A DNA stretch of 11,049 nucleotides, taken from contig NW_002060980.1 of NCBI RefSeq assembly GCF_000150275.1, forward strand, positions 289,270 through 300,318, read 5' to 3'. A program made the position numbers and the translations under genes. Shown here piece by piece: positions 8,461 through 11,049 of this stretch (position 1 is its first letter; every line of letters starts with the position of its first letter). A model generated the notes under the pieces. The model had not been told where the DNA came from, searched no databases, and saw only the letters and a program-made list of their open reading frames with translations. This DNA comes from Trichoplax adhaerens. Taxonomy: Eukaryota > Animalia > Placozoa.

Positions 8461-9454
8461 TGTTGCCTATAATCGTACAGTTACCGTACAATTTTACGCT
8501 AAAACATCAACTGTCAATACGTCAGAAAAGTAGTCATAGTTGTCACATAAAATTTTTGATAAGCGATTACTGTGATCTTTATAAAATTCGAATTTTTCCG
8601 ATTCGAATTCCAGATCCGGTCGGATTTGTATTCGATATAATTTCAATCTAAATGTTTGGATTTTAATTTTTGAAAAATGTTATAAGAGCTAACTTTTGAA
8701 ATTTGAACTTTTTGTTGTGAATTTGAAATTTCAGAATTTTATGAGGTGACATGAAAGTTACATTAGGAAAGTTTACTTAAGAAAATACTAAATAAGATGG
8801 CAAATGGCAGAGGTTGTGTTGATTGTTAAGTAGTTAGACTGTTATTTTTAAGACTAAATCTTGATATTAATTTTTAGACTTTTGTAATGTATAATGATTG
8901 TAAATTAAGTTAGAAGTGAAGCTTGAGGCATTTTATAATTAGTTTGACGGTTTTATAGTGTTTGTAAGGGAATCATAAGGTAATTTGTGTCTGAACTTTA
9001 AATGATTTTTGATTTTCTATAGTGATGCAAAGTAGTTTTCTAAAATGAATCTTAAGAGTGATTGGTTAATAAATATTTAGTTTTAAGTACCACTGACGGC
9101 TCTGTGAAGCCTATAAATGATAGTGCAATCAGAAAATTTATAGTAGAGAGCGAAAGAAGATTCTTTTAAAGAACTTGTTGAAATTTAAAGGCCTTAGGGG
9201 TCGAACTGTTGTAAGTTAACGCGTTCTTCTTTTTGTTAGGTTATTTGGTTGTTGACAGTTTCAGTTCTGTCATTTTTTTATTTCTTTAGTTATAATACTT
9301 AGAATTAAGTATTTGGAAGGTTGTTTGATCAGACTCCCTCACATTTTCTTAATAAATTGTTGATCGGTTGTTTCCCCAATTTTATTTGGTGTCAAAGTTT
9401 TGTTAAGTCGACCAGAGGGCAAAGAAAGTAGAATCAAAGTTGTAGAAGTATCAT

Positions 9455-9529
9455 NNNNNNNNNNNNNNNNNNNNNNNNNNNNNNNNNNNNNNNNNNNNNN
9501 NNNNNNNNNNNNNNNNNNNNNNNNNNNNN
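9455..9529. other. assembly gap (75 N)
   Basis: Run of n characters; contiguity across it is not guaranteed. Confidence 1.
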
Positions 9530-9938
9530 TATTACGAAGGTGGATTTAATATTTTACAGCGTGAAATTAATTTAATGCGGTAAATTATCCGGTTTCGGGT
9601 GGAGCATTACAATAATAAACTATATACAGTTTATGAAATATAAAACAATCAACTAAATGAAACATATAAACGATAAGATGTGTGGAACATATTTACTATA
9701 CTGTAAACTACAGAATACAGAATAGAAAACGATCAACTATGTGAAACATAAGAACGATAGCCTATGTGGAACATAAATACGATAAACTACATGAAACATA
9801 ATTGCTATAAACTACAGTATGTGGAACATTAAAATCCTACTATAAACTAAAGAATGCCGAATATCAAACGATCAACTACGTGAAACATAAAAACGATAAC
9901 CTATGTGGAATATAAAATACGATAAACTATGTGGAACA

Positions 9939-9964
9939 TATATATATATATATATATATATATA
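9939..9964. repeat. (TA)13 microsatellite expanded inside a minisatellite monomer
   Basis: Direct reading; replaces the CATA-AATACG junction between monomers. Confidence 0.95.
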
Positions 9965-10284
9965 CGATAAACTATGTGGAACATTGAAACTACAGTATAC
10001 TGTAAACCAAAGAATGAGGAATATAAAACCATCAACTATGTAAAACACGAAAACGATATCCTATGTGAGACATGAATACGATAAACTATGTGGAACATTA
10101 AAACGATAATTAGGTGGAACATAGATACCATAAATTATGAGAAAGATTAAAACTATACTGTAAACTAGAGATTGCGGAATATAAAATCCATAACCTATGT
10201 GGAATAAACATGAATACGATAAACTATGTAGAACGTTCAAACTGTTAACTACTTGGAACATAACTACTGTAAACTGTATGGAAT

Positions 10285-10410
10285 TGTAACGGTAATATTA
10301 AATTGTCCCTAGTTGTGTGGAACATGGTGCCAGTTTCTCCTATGTTAGCGCGATATACGCTATTGATTCTTGTGAGTTGATTGTAGTTAATATAGGGAAG
10401 TAGTATTACA
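10285..10410 (+). mobile_element. internally deleted solo LTR (126 bp) retaining both termini
   Basis: TGTAACGG...TATTGATT joined directly to CTTGTGAGTTG...TAGTATTACA. About 390 bp lost across an ATT microhomology at 10366-10368. Confidence 0.85.
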
Positions 10411-10533
10411 GTGGATAATTGAAACTACACCGCAATCTAATGTATACTGAATATAAAACCATCAACTACAGTATGTGATACGTAAAAACGATAACCTGTG
10501 TAGACAATGAACACGATAAACTATGTGTGATAT

Positions 10534-11049
10534 TGCAACGGTAGTATTAAATTGTCTCTAGTTGTGTGGAACATGGTGTCAGTTCCTCCTATGTTAGCGT
10601 TATATATGTTATTGATTATCTATTGGTGGGAATCGGAAAGATGGAGCGGTGTTAATGAGCCTCTTGGCGAAAAGTGCAGGTGGAAGCCCTAGAAGATTGA
10701 CTATTGGTCGAGAAGCTGAGAAACAAGGTTCGAGGCGATATAAACAAGACGCAGATCATGTTAAAGGGCTTCTATACTGTAGCCGTTACGATATACTATT
10801 TTGTATAGGGAAAATTGTGATAGAGTTTTGATGTAAATATTTACATCAAAGATAGATATATAAAGAGGCTAATATAATTGTAGAGCTATATAGATTCATT
10901 CATAGGTCAGCTTGGAGAAGTCATAGTAGATATTCTTTTGATATTATATCTGTAGTTTTTAATGCCTGTATTTTAACATCGTAATAAAACAATTTATATA
11001 AACNGGAGTCTTACTCATTCTTGTGAGTTGATTGTAATTAATATAGGTG
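10534..11049 (+). mobile_element. LTR (copy 3), cut by the window end about 12 bp before its expected terminus
   Basis: Starts TGCAACGG and aligns with copies 1 and 2 throughout. Cannot tell whether it is solo or the 5' LTR of a full element. Confidence 0.85.

Larger units (their letters stand above)
9642..10533 (+). repeat. minisatellite, about 25-bp monomer (AAAACGATAAACTATGTGGAACATA) with higher-order repeat
   Basis: More than 20 degenerate monomers plus a recurring ~33-bp unit (ACTATACTGTAAACTAAAGAATGCGGAATA-like). The variant order X, ATCAACT, ATAACCT, ATAAACT recurs at about 9729, 9868, 10028 and 10458. Confidence 0.9.

Noticed and set aside
8458-8467. TAGTGTTGCC as a hAT terminal inverted repeat
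   Set aside because: No partner end or 8-bp TSD seen, and the TAG is better explained as the Helitron CTAG|T junction.
8240-10261. ORFs 8240-8428, 8460-8651 and 10061-10261
   Set aside because: Two are translations of the direct repeat and the minisatellite; the third has a GTG start and no recognisable features.
9642-10533. CRISPR array
   Set aside because: Units are contiguous and degenerate with no unique spacers, there are no cas genes, and the context is eukaryotic with introns.
10285-11049. TRIM-type element formed by the two direct LTR copies
   Set aside because: The 123-bp interval is ordinary satellite; the TGG after the first copy belongs to the satellite GTGGA motif, and no polypurine tract precedes the second copy.
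1-11049. Species assignment (for example placozoan or another early-branching animal)
   Set aside because: Low GC and ~100-bp introns are compatible but not diagnostic; a database search is needed.

Overview
AT-rich (roughly one-third GC by eye) eukaryotic, probably animal, DNA with no intact protein-coding gene; it reads as a transposon graveyard. It holds an intron-rich, frameshifted Mutator-like (MULE) DDE transposase pseudogene on the minus strand (about 4560-6654, at least 8 exons). It also holds four copies of one TGT...ACA solo-LTR family: 3197-3727 (+, perfect GTACT target duplication), 7622-8147 (-), an internally deleted 126-bp copy at 10285-10410, and a copy from 10534 cut by the window end. 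Other contents are a diverged LTR-like relative (about 2556-2990), a 25-bp minisatellite with higher-order structure (about 9642-10533), a probable Helitron 3' end (8430-8460) and an assembly gap (9455-9529). The most unusual signal is the heavy load of Tc1/mariner-type excision footprints (TA-CAG-TA, TA-CTG-TA, TA-CGG-TA). Several can be shown to be 5-bp insertions, one frameshifts the MULE gene, and several are stacked at 4200-4227. Two inverted LTRs, each with a conserved 24-bp palindrome and TATA box, point toward each other across the dead transposase. Most ORFs in the supplied track are spurious; only 4949-5140, 5612-5944 and part of 6415-6630 overlap MULE exons. All family assignments come from motif recognition, not database searches.
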